A DNA stretch of 32,836 bases, from the NCBI GenBank assembly GCA_018221205.1, contig JAAOYF010000044.1:1-32836 (forward strand), read 5' to 3'. Under the pieces are notes generated by a model. It had not been told where the DNA came from, did no database searches, and saw only the letters and a list, made by a program, of their open reading frames with translations. A program made the translations under genes and the position numbers. This document shows positions 25,201 to 32,836 of the stretch, one piece after another. The DNA is from Candidatus Woesearchaeota archaeon (GTDB lineage Archaea > Nanobdellota > Nanobdellia > Woesearchaeales > WJIZ01). The stretch's first letter is position 1; every line of letters starts with the position of its first letter.

Positions 25201-26457
25201 GAAATGGAGCGTCTGGTTCTCTGTGCCGTAGTCAGTGATGTTGAAGATTTCATAGGGATAGGAAGCATTTCCAAGCGAAAAATCAGTTGATGTAAGGTTA
25301 ATCCTTACTAATCCATACCCGTACTCATCATCCTTCCCAGCAATTCCCAAATCAAGCGCATCATTCTGCAATTTTCCCCTTATTTGATCATTTGTCCAGC
25401 TTGAATTGTATGACCTCAATAAGCAGGCAACGCCAGCAACATGAGGCGCTGCAAATGACGTACCAGAAGAAACATTATAGGTATTATTCAAAAAAGTAGA
25501 ATTAATATCAACACCACCGGCAACTAATTCCAATTCACTTCCAGAGGAAGAAAATGGGGCTTTTTCAAGATTCTCATTAACGGCGCCAACAGCGATAACA
25601 TCGCTATATGCAGCAGGATATACTACACTGCCCCCGGTGTTCCCAGAAGCCGCAATCAAAACGATATCATTATCATACGCATCTTCCAGGACTTCCTTGA
25701 AGATCTGGGAATAGCCTTCCATGCCGAAGCTCATGGAAACGATGTCCATGTCATTCTCTATGGCCCATTCCAGGCCAGAGATGGCATCAGAAATCTTCCC
25801 GGTGGAGCCATTCGCTATCTTCACGGCATACAGTGAAACAGAGGGAGCAACACCTACAATACCTTCACCATCTAAAACAGCAGCCAGCACGCCAGCAATA
25901 AGGGTGCCATGGCCATAGGTATCACCATAATCCTCGCTCACGAACGAAACGCCTCCTGCTAGAGATAAATCGTCATGTGATGCAATGCCCGTATCAAGCA
26001 GGCCTACCTTAACGCCACTCCCATTCGTCGCATTCCAGGCGAGAGGAGCAAGAGTAAGGTTTACCCCATAAGGTATCTCACCAAGAACAGTAACATTCTG
26101 ATCTAATTCAATATACTCAATGTCCTTGTCCAGCAACAGCAGACTGACAGCCCCTGCCTCTCCTTCGATGCGGGCCAAGGCAAACCGCCCATACTCTTCC
26201 TTTATCGTGACATTCTTAAGTTCCTTCTTCACCTTATACTTAATGAGGTAATCTTCCTGTTCATCCTTCTTCACCTGTGCAAAATACTCTCTTGTCTTTT
26301 CATCCAGTTTTTCGGCATACAGCTCAGCACGGACATACACATCAACATCCTTCGGTGTGTAAATGAAATCAACCTCAGAACGGACAGAGAACAACATGAT
26401 AATCAGGACAAGAAGAAAAACTAACTGTTTAGATCGGCTTTTTTTAATGATTGACAC
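22249..26457 (-). CDS. Secreted 1402-aa multidomain protein: S8 subtilisin, Cys/Asp-rich and beta-rich linker, C-terminal alpha/beta-hydrolase (lipase-like) domain
   Basis: S8 triad LLDTGI / GHGTLIAG / GTSFAAPHVAG with AASGN; hydrolase motifs LARELADEGRDVW, WPALI...YTGKDSMDYVSHSNGG, PDDKVL, INHVAL. Confidence 0.88.
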   Translation of the reverse strand: MSIIKKSRSKQLVFLLVLIIMLFSVRSEVDFIYTPKDVDVYVRAELYAEKLDEKTREYFAQVKKDEQEDYLIKYKVKKELKNVTIKEEYGRFALARIEGEAGAVSLLLLDKDIEYIELDQNVTVLGEIPYGVNLTLAPLAWNATNGSGVKVGLLDTGIASHDDLSLAGGVSFVSEDYGDTYGHGTLIAGVLAAVLDGEGIVGVAPSVSLYAVKIANGSTGKISDAISGLEWAIENDMDIVSMSFGMEGYSQIFKEVLEDAYDNDIVLIAASGNTGGSVVYPAAYSDVIAVGAVNENLEKAPFSSSGSELELVAGGVDINSTFLNNTYNVSSGTSFAAPHVAGVACLLRSYNSSWTNDQIRGKLQNDALDLGIAGKDDEYGYGLVRINLTSTDFSLGNASYPYEIFNITDYGTENQTLHFWLNGTGTIDDVEFMEGYYQIVKYLEEIINQTIYVGESGSIVFLFTEIHLDAEDDYTNYGNAGDGVVWVDGDVDFECDECVEDELQVACYSFDSSDTYVIPFEFDKCWGNGTGSIGACSSGDGDLADFCDSNPSDCSDTGVEDSHDYPNSLLDDSTKRYFGVIAFWDCGDAGNEDDDDYDSLYIIDALNSSCLTNSTWRVRGRFNSNFWINVQDLSCDSSEQCDPYRAGVVVTDESYQYETSDGGANDVCRTKDGFSCSVDDDCLTGHFCVGGVCSATQGEVCNGTLNIVTSNSDLNVEVNSVHEGQTDVSQFIQKEVSNVCGNGINVSVICSNNQTLCHSETVYVNNDGETVTVVDSNCIKTCDADPNFWLTNEDVSVKGSTINVTIHSSDLNGTVNVSLHRVNRDTGLIDDTKSLLLSIDSFSTASGTTTWDLNSASALNVYIDEAGAFNESKSDNFVYRLVSQNVPRVYLSINTSYLNVNSLIEGFLEQYVDSVSEGEAELVISVGRFTSEFKNYNQNTLIIDGKPVQYTIWGYENSRIVGYGRRAQKSYAGIVGRTLHVTQNKPLILAYGIDVDGDIAAIKKLISARANMFSDLDSPYLNPLFLDDYDRLGLGIDNLLPRNVAKNSSAYLSVVNKILFDNIFDVAIRTVKTLNETSYGEETILRLKNVNADYSEDFKDAISESDKPVTFSGGIFSNLVSWENNDGLARELADEGRDVWEIEMSGGPTTECELCPNYTYYDQVDYYWPALIGGVQIYTGKDSMDYVSHSNGGRVALSSLHNYPNGKSDAGYFFNLTNGQYESADLKANPIDIFVGVAIPVTLNDDTLFTTLARGPLVAAGRTSHIIAEIAGDYAMQQLSKNEKYHLNLKDYAKYLNPIGNFFPDDGKISSNLMNFYNELAINESSSIDLSNVNVSELYLFNGKPDDKVLGAEDQSRILDSVGYGTGTNITSNWWDLINYGINHVALISDESVISAVKEALK

Positions 26458-26689
26458 CTCAACGAATGCTTACTATATGCAATTCAGGTATACTCAACCC
26501 CCAAATTGAAAAATAACCTTGCAACTATAAAAGAGTTGTTAATCCCTCGATAGTGGACTTATCCCATTATTCATTTTTAGGATACATTTTACTGATAATT
26601 TATCCACTGTGCTTAATCACGGTTCTCCAAACCGAGAGTGGTAAAGCTAGTTCCTATAAATATCTTACAGAGGAGTAAAATGTCCAGTG

Positions 26690-28582
26690 TTATTTCTTAG
26701 AAGTGATCTTTCTCAGTACAGCTTTCCTGCCATTCCAATCCAGGGCTACTTTCAACACATCTTCGATCGTCTCTACAGGGATGATCTTGACTTTCTTTAT
26801 CTTTTGAGAGTCGATGATGATGTCTTTCATATTTGATTTGGGAACAATGACCTGTTTCATCCCTGCTTCGATCGCTGCCTCTACTTTTGAAGTGACGCCT
26901 CCTACAGGCAATACCTCTCCTCTGACTGATAATGAACCGGTCATGGAAGTATCTTGCCTTACGGGAATGTCCCTGAATGAAGATATGATCGCTACGGCAA
27001 TGGCGATGGAGGCAGAATCTCCTTCCACTCCTTCATAGGTCTGCAGGAACTGGACATAGATATCATATTTCTCTTTCAGATCCTCTCCAAAATATCTCAA
27101 TATGATCGCAGAGACGTTGATAACAGCTTCTTTTGCTATATCTCCTAGTTTTCCTGTTGCGACAAACTCTGTCTTCTTTCCTCCTATCGTCACCTGCGCT
27201 TCGATCGGTAAAATGATGCCTGAGAATGAATCCTGGCCGCCTATAACTGCCATACCATTGACCCTGCCTATCTTCTTGCCTTCAGTACGGATGACTGCAT
27301 ATTCTTTTTTCTTCTCGATATATTTATCTGCTATCTGCTTCTCTAGAGGACGAGCCACTAGTTTTGCTTTCTCAACATGCTTTTTTGAGACTAATTTTGC
27401 ATTCTCCTCTACTGCGATATCTCCTGCTGCCCTCACCAAACCGCCTAGATCCCTTAACCTTAATGTTAAGTGGTCTTTTCGGTTTGCCCTTCTCTGGGCC
27501 TCTTCTATAATGGCATTCACGGCTGTCTTGTCAAAATGAGGGATCCTTTTATCTTTGGTCACTTCCTGTGCGACGAAAATCGCTATTTTTTCCCGATTTT
27601 CTGGAGTGTCTTTTATGGTCTCATCCATAAAAATCTCATAGCCATATCCTCTGATCCTTGATCTTAATGCTGGGTGCATGTTCTTGACTGTCTCTAGATT
27701 TCCTGCAGCCACCAACACAAAATCGCAAGGCACTGGTTCTGTCCTGACCATCGCTCCTGCTGAGCGTTCTGATTGTCCTGTAATGGAGAATTTTCTTTCT
27801 TGGAGAGCGGATAACAGCTCTTGCTGAGTCACCCTATTCAATGTGGCGATCTCATCGATGAAAAGGACGCCTTTGTTTGCCTTGTGGATCATTCCGGCTA
27901 CTACCCTTTCATTTGCTGGTGTTCCCAGACCGCCCGACTGGAAAGGATCATGAAGGACATCACCTACCAATGCGCCGGCATGCGAACCAGTAGCATCAAA
28001 AAAAGGAGCCTGCTTTTTCTTGAAATTATCGACGATGATCTTTGGCGCTTTTGACTGCGATCCCATCCGTGCCCCTACTCTCATCGAGAGCATGAAACCT
28101 GCTAAGATGAGCATGGAGCCCATCATCGAGGCTGCGAAAATGATCGCGTTGGCTGTTTCTCCTAACTCAAAAGGATTTGAGCGCCACCAGAAATAAGGCA
28201 GGATGATGGCAGCCAATAATAATATGATAAAGACAATGTTCAATGTCTTGGAGCTGGACATGCCCTGCATCTTGGATTGCGCGACAATCGACCTTCCTTG
28301 TCCGGCCGGAACAGACCGTATCAAAGGAGCATTATCGTCATTGGGATTGTGGAATGAGAGTATATCTACTAATTTCTCTTTTGGCAGGAGCTCTGCTAAA
28401 GCTAGTCCTAACATCGATTTTCCAGTTCCGGGCTCGCCGATAAGAAAAAGATGCCTTCGTTGTTTTGCGGCTTTCTTCGCCACAGCGACAGCCGAATCCT
28501 GGCCTATGACCTGGTCTACTATCTTCTTGGATACTTTGATATCTGCTGTGGTCGTGTATTTCAGAGCCATTTTTTTAGCCAA
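26690..28582 (-). CDS. lonB: Archaeal membrane-anchored ATP-dependent Lon protease
   Basis: [14 protein letters not shown], two transmembrane helices within the ATPase, [18 protein letters not shown], Ser-Lys dyad EGDSAS...GGVTSK. Confidence 0.96.
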   Translation of the reverse strand: MAKKMALKYTTTADIKVSKKIVDQVIGQDSAVAVAKKAAKQRRHLFLIGEPGTGKSMLGLALAELLPKEKLVDILSFHNPNDDNAPLIRSVPAGQGRSIVAQSKMQGMSSSKTLNIVFIILLLAAIILPYFWWRSNPFELGETANAIIFAASMMGSMLILAGFMLSMRVGARMGSQSKAPKIIVDNFKKKQAPFFDATGSHAGALVGDVLHDPFQSGGLGTPANERVVAGMIHKANKGVLFIDEIATLNRVTQQELLSALQERKFSITGQSERSAGAMVRTEPVPCDFVLVAAGNLETVKNMHPALRSRIRGYGYEIFMDETIKDTPENREKIAIFVAQEVTKDKRIPHFDKTAVNAIIEEAQRRANRKDHLTLRLRDLGGLVRAAGDIAVEENAKLVSKKHVEKAKLVARPLEKQIADKYIEKKKEYAVIRTEGKKIGRVNGMAVIGGQDSFSGIILPIEAQVTIGGKKTEFVATGKLGDIAKEAVINVSAIILRYFGEDLKEKYDIYVQFLQTYEGVEGDSASIAIAVAIISSFRDIPVRQDTSMTGSLSVRGEVLPVGGVTSKVEAAIEAGMKQVIVPKSNMKDIIIDSQKIKKVKIIPVETIEDVLKVALDWNGRKAVLRKITSKK

Positions 28583-28681
28583 TACCCCTGCTCTTTTAAA
28601 TCTTATGTTATAATGGAATCACTACTCTGGAAAAGATAAATGCTTTTAAATTGGTGAGTAATTTGGTGGTTGGGTGGTATA

Positions 28682-30049
28682 ATGGGTTTTCAACCTAAAC
28701 TGAATCGGCTTTGGGAAGAAGAAGGCGAGCATGTCATTGATGATATTGTCAATATGATACAAGTTGAGAGCATCAGCGTTGATGGAAATCATGGAGAGGA
28801 AGTGAGATTAGCTTCGCAGCGAGCCGGTGCATTGGCCGAGGAACTTGGTTTTGAATCCCAAGTAGTAGATGTCGATGGAACTCATTATGTCCAAGCAACT
28901 TTGGAAGGTAATTCTCCTTTCCACTTTGTTTTTTATGGTCATACTGATGTGCAGCCGGTGGAAGAAGAAAAATGGGATGACCCTCCTTTTGCACCACCCC
29001 TTCAAGGGATAAAAAAAGGTAAGGTATATGGGAGAGGGGCTATTGATGATAAAGGGCCTGTGGTTTCCGTCCTTCATGGATTGGCTGCAGCGCGGAATTC
29101 TGGGTCAAAAGTTCCGACTATCACTGCTATTCTTGAGTGTGAAGAGGAAACTGCAAGCCCGAATTTTCCACGAATCTTGCGCGCTGAAAAAGAACTTTTT
29201 GAAGATGCTGACGGGGTTTTTGTCTTTGATACTGGTAATGAAGGAGGCCAGCCAACTATTACCTACAGTCTCCGGGGAGCGGTTAAAGCGTATCTTTCTC
29301 TCGTTACTGCTGAAAGTCCGGTGCACTCTGGGATAGGTGGGGGATTAGCTAATAATCCTCTCATCGATATGTCTGGTGTAATCTATAACACTGCCCCTCC
29401 ACGAAGAGGAAAGTTGCTTATTCCTGGTGTTTATGAAAATGTCTCCGAATTCTCTGAAGCTGAAATACGTGAACTCGAAAGAATCGCACGAATAACAGAT
29501 GTTGCTAAAGTAAAAAAGGAGCTAGGAGTCATTGGTGGTCCTGATCGAAGTGTAGAAATGTATCTTCGAGAACTCTATGCTCAACCTACTTTTGATGTCC
29601 ATAATGTAGAGGGAGGAATAAAGGGAACGACTGTTCCTGATCATTGTAGATATGAAATTTCTATGAGGATTGCTCCGGGACAGGATCCAGAGCACATTGC
29701 AGAACTGCTTACTGAACATGTCAGAAGATTAGATGATAGGGTTGATGTAGAGATTGCATTCAAGCTTCATCCTTACAAAACCGCTATTGAACACCCTTCT
29801 TTACAGATAGCTGCAACTGCACTACAGCAAGTACATGGTGTAGAACCCTATTTTGCAGGTTGTGGTGGATCGATTGGTGCAGTGGCATATATGGCAATGC
29901 TGTTTCCAGAATTGCCAATTGTTCTCTTCGGAGTAGGAGAGCCAAAAAACAACATGCATGGACATAATGAAAACATTCGGTTGGACCAAGTAGAAAAGGT
30001 CTACAAAACCAGTGCAATGTTCAGCCATATGGTTGCGAATAAATCGTAA
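28682..30049 (+). CDS. M20 family metallopeptidase (DapE/ArgE/Cys-Gly dipeptidase-like)
   Basis: YGHTDVQP, GRGAIDDKG, ECEEE, HSG, GGSI, MHGHNE; ORF track start is 28670, first ATG is 28682. Confidence 0.92.
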   Translation: MGFQPKLNRLWEEEGEHVIDDIVNMIQVESISVDGNHGEEVRLASQRAGALAEELGFESQVVDVDGTHYVQATLEGNSPFHFVFYGHTDVQPVEEEKWDDPPFAPPLQGIKKGKVYGRGAIDDKGPVVSVLHGLAAARNSGSKVPTITAILECEEETASPNFPRILRAEKELFEDADGVFVFDTGNEGGQPTITYSLRGAVKAYLSLVTAESPVHSGIGGGLANNPLIDMSGVIYNTAPPRRGKLLIPGVYENVSEFSEAEIRELERIARITDVAKVKKELGVIGGPDRSVEMYLRELYAQPTFDVHNVEGGIKGTTVPDHCRYEISMRIAPGQDPEHIAELLTEHVRRLDDRVDVEIAFKLHPYKTAIEHPSLQIAATALQQVHGVEPYFAGCGGSIGAVAYMAMLFPELPIVLFGVGEPKNNMHGHNENIRLDQVEKVYKTSAMFSHMVANKS

Positions 30050-30103
30050 TTTTTCCGTTTTTTTCTTAGTTATTTTTATCAATACGGCTTCTTTCTTCTT
30101 TTC

Positions 30104-30406
30104 ATGCAAGAAAAATATCTTATCTTGATTGCTTTCCTATTTTCTTTAATTGGATTAATGGGATTATTCATCCTTTCGCTTACTTTGGAAGAGAGCGTGA
30201 GCGAGGACATGGTGATCTTCTCAGGAAAAGTTGAAGAAGTATCTCATTATGGCAATATGACGTTCTTTTCTATCGGAAGGCCGATAGAAGCTGTTGTTTT
30301 TCAGAATGTTTCATTATATGAAGGAGAGATTGTTGAGATAGTGGGCAAGGAAGATGAAGAGGGTATTGTGGTCGAGCGATTACGGGTAATCAATTCGTTC
30401 CAGTAA
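30104..30406 (+). CDS. Small membrane-anchored OB-fold protein
   Basis: N-terminal TM helix, then VIFSGKVEEV...IEAVVF...EGEIVEIVGK. Confidence 0.65.
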   Translation: MQEKYLILIAFLFSLIGLMGLFILSLTLEESVSEDMVIFSGKVEEVSHYGNMTFFSIGRPIEAVVFQNVSLYEGEIVEIVGKEDEEGIVVERLRVINSFQ

Positions 30407-31799
30407 GAAATTCGACTGGTGCATGGTCATCTGTCAAGATCATTGCGCTTGTTATTTTTTCGACTTTTTCTATGGGCCTTCTCTCTATGACGCGCTGGAT
30501 CTCGACAATGGGCGAAGAGATATCTGTCCCTATCTTCTTCCCGGCAAAAACAATATAGTTTGGACTGAGGTCTATCTCAAAGACTTCTGGAAATATCTCC
30601 AGCATGGTCTGCTCCATAGCATCTATCAATCCTCTATCTTTGGGGCTGTAGACATTCACTGCAATGATGCCTTTTTCTGAAAGGACATCCTGGACAAGAG
30701 TAAAGAATTCCTTTGTTGTTGTGTAGAATGGAGTGTAGATAGAGCCTTGAAAGAGATCTATCTCAATCGCATCATATGTTTTCTTAGTTCTTTTCAGAAA
30801 AGGACGGGCATCTTCGACGAAAATTGAAAGTTTTTTGTTTTCTTGTATGCCGAAGTAGTCTTTTGCCACTTGCACTACTTTTTCATCGATCTCTACGGCG
30901 TCAATGTCGATTTCAGGATAATATATCTGATATTGATCTATTGATGTTCCGGCACCCATGCCTAAGATAAGGAAATTCTCGACTTCTGTCATCAACGGAA
31001 GGAAAAGAAAATAATCATAGTATCTTCCAGAGATGAAAAGTTCATGATGCCTTGTGGAGTGGACATTGGTCTGCTTGTTGAGGAACAATCTCAATTCATT
31101 TGTGGAATTCTTCACGACAATATGATTATAGAGGGAATCGTCCTCATAGATGATCTCTTTGTCAGCTGCATACGTTGGTGTGAAGAGAAGAATGAATGCG
31201 AGCAATGCTAAGGCGATATATTTTCTTCTTATTGTTGATAATGCAATGATGGATATGGCTAATAACGCGAGAAATAACACCTGTAATGATAATCTCACAC
31301 CGATTGAGGGGATTAAGACAAAAGAGCCAAGATAGACTCCAATAATATTTCCTATGGTTGAAATAGCTGTTACACTTCCCACTGTTGTGCCTATTTTATC
31401 TCTTTTTGCGATGAGCTTGATGATATAGGGGGTTACGGTGCTGAGCAAGAACATAGGGAGAGCGAAAAGTGTGAATGTTGCCAGGATTGATCCATAGAAT
31501 AGTCCTACATCAAGAGATTCAAGAAATGGTTTGTAGAAGAAAAGCGTAGCAAGTATGTAGAGTGCGGTGCCTAATATAATATAATAGAGCATCTTAGCAT
31601 CTTTCTGCTTATCTGCTAGTTTCCCGCCAAGATAATAGCCAATTGAAAGTGCGATAAGGATAACTCCGATCAGATTTCCCCAGACATAGATGGAATTTCC
31701 GAAGTAAGGTGCTAACATGCGCGCGCCTATCATCTCCAACGCCATCAAGACTGTTCCGGTTATGAAGGCTGTTATTAAAAGAAGTTTTGAGTCCATCAA
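30390..31799 (-). CDS. Fused membrane-domain / spermidine synthase-like SAM-dependent transferase
   Basis: LEMIGARMLAPYFGNS TM domain; LILGMGAG, VEID, EDARPFL, IEIDLF, LTDDHAPVE. Confidence 0.9.
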   Translation of the reverse strand: MMDSKLLLITAFITGTVLMALEMIGARMLAPYFGNSIYVWGNLIGVILIALSIGYYLGGKLADKQKDAKMLYYIILGTALYILATLFFYKPFLESLDVGLFYGSILATFTLFALPMFLLSTVTPYIIKLIAKRDKIGTTVGSVTAISTIGNIIGVYLGSFVLIPSIGVRLSLQVLFLALLAISIIALSTIRRKYIALALLAFILLFTPTYAADKEIIYEDDSLYNHIVVKNSTNELRLFLNKQTNVHSTRHHELFISGRYYDYFLFLPLMTEVENFLILGMGAGTSIDQYQIYYPEIDIDAVEIDEKVVQVAKDYFGIQENKKLSIFVEDARPFLKRTKKTYDAIEIDLFQGSIYTPFYTTTKEFFTLVQDVLSEKGIIAVNVYSPKDRGLIDAMEQTMLEIFPEVFEIDLSPNYIVFAGKKIGTDISSPIVEIQRVIERRPIEKVEKITSAMILTDDHAPVEFLTGTN

Positions 31800-31825
31800 T
31801 TGTATTGAATAGAATCAGTATTTAA

Positions 31826-32224
31826 TCATTTCTTTTTCGTAATCTTTCCTTCGATGAGGATGAAATAGATTAAAGCAGCGAAGATTGATGAGAGCAGAAA
31901 TTCTCCCATGCCTATGCCTATGCCGACAATGGCCATGGCCCAAATGGATGCAGCTGTTGTCAGTCCCATGATATCCTTTCCTTTGGCGATGACTGCTCCT
32001 GCTCCCAAGAAGCCTATTCCTGTGATGAGTCCTGAAAGCACTCTTGCTATATCTCCTGGAAAGGATTTTAATGCGACAATTGTGACGAAAGTAGAGCCTA
32101 GGGCGACTAATGACAATGTCCTGATGCCCACTGGCTTATGGGCCTGTTCCCTCTCCATCCCTACGAGAGTTCCCAGTATCCAGGAAAGGAGTAACTTGAA
32201 GACTTCTGCTAAAAATTCATACAT
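31826..32224 (-). CDS. MgtC/SapB family membrane protein
   Basis: GMERE...KPVGIRT, ITGIGFLGAG, GLTTAASIW. Confidence 0.93.
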   Translation of the reverse strand: MYEFLAEVFKLLLSWILGTLVGMEREQAHKPVGIRTLSLVALGSTFVTIVALKSFPGDIARVLSGLITGIGFLGAGAVIAKGKDIMGLTTAASIWAMAIVGIGIGMGEFLLSSIFAALIYFILIEGKITKKK

Positions 32225-32321
32225 AGCTTCCCTTTAGATCAGGAGTTTAAAAAATTTACTCTTGGAAGATTTCCGAATTTCTTTGAGAGGATCTTATTAA
32301 TGGAGTTCTCATTCTCAATGT

Positions 32322-32836
32322 ATGTTTTGGGAGATCATTATTGCCTTAGCCGTTGGAATAATTTTAGGAATATTTACAGGCTTGATTCCTGGCATCCATG
32401 TGAATCTAGTTTCAGTCATGCTGATCAGTATATCTCCATTTCTCTTGAAATATACGTCTCCTTTAGTGTTGGCTGTCTTCATCATCTCTCTTGCTTTGAC
32501 CCATACCTTCTTAGATAGTCTGCCTTCTATCTTTTTGGGAGCGCCAGATCCAGATATGGTGCTTTCTGTATTGCCTGGGCATAAGATGCTGCTAGAAGGA
32601 AAAGGATTTGAAGCTGTTAAATTGACTGTTATCGGCTCTCTTTTTTGTCTATTCATTACGTTGTTGATCATCCCCTTGCTTGTTCCGGTGTTGCCTTTGA
32701 TCTATGGCTTCATCCAGCCGCATATGGGCTATATTCTTTTAGCGGTTGTCCTTGGGATGATTGTGATGGAGAAAAAGAGATTCATTGGGTTGTATATTTT
32801 CCTTCAAGCAGGCTGTCTTGGATTATTGGTTTTGAA
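32322..32836 (+). CDS. TctA family (tripartite tricarboxylate transporter permease-like), 3'-truncated by the window edge; absent from the ORF track
   Basis: Hand translation MFWEIIIALAVGIILGIFTGLIPGIHVN...HTFLDSLPSIFLGAPD...VLPGHKMLLEGKG. Confidence 0.88.
   Translation, partial: MFWEIIIALAVGIILGIFTGLIPGIHVNLVSVMLISISPFLLKYTSPLVLAVFIISLALTHTFLDSLPSIFLGAPDPDMVLSVLPGHKMLLEGKGFEAVKLTVIGSLFCLFITLLIIPLLVPVLPLIYGFIQPHMGYILLAVVLGMIVMEKKRFIGLYIFLQAGCLGLLVL

Noticed and set aside
26598..26608. DnaA box or replication origin (TTATCCACT)
   Set aside because: Single imperfect match in an archaeal context, with no ORB repeats or cdc6/dnaA gene
26458..26689. tRNA or ncRNA in the lonB-S8 spacer
   Set aside because: Only short stems such as CGGTT/AACCG; no cloverleaf or T-loop consensus
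126..32237. Remaining short ORFs nested in or antisense to recognised genes
   Set aside because: They overlap well-supported CDSs and show no motifs or independent promoters
32300..32671. ORF-track entries 32300..32518 (+) and 32315..32671 (-)
   Set aside because: Off-frame and antisense shadows of the TctA gene starting at 32322

Overview
Gene-dense archaeal chromosomal segment, most likely from a DPANN lineage such as Woesearchaeota. This is inferred from archaeal Kae1, membrane-anchored LonB, TATA boxes about 22-25 nt before start codons, a Pol II-like family B polymerase ending in a PIP-like box, and many orphan and secreted genes. Housekeeping-type genes (polyprenol kinase, AAA+/vWA pair, metallophosphoesterase, kae1, polB, lonB, M20 peptidase, spermidine-synthase fusion, MgtC, TctA) are interleaved with three accessory blocks. 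(1) An anticodon-domain-less AsnRS paralog divergent from an Lrp/AsnC regulator. (2) An AT-rich stress islet (Fic-HTH, RelE-like toxin-antitoxin, DEAD-box helicase) cut into units by a repeated CGGCCAGTC(C)A motif that resembles a tRNA-Ala 3' end. (3) A 9-kb minus-strand operon of exported proteins headed by a 1402-aa subtilisin-to-lipase fusion, translationally coupled to a very AT-rich membrane gene; this architecture suggests an archaeal polymorphic toxin/immunity or host-envelope attack system. No rRNA, complete tRNA, CRISPR array, integrase or transposase was recognised. All family calls come from motif reading, not database searches.
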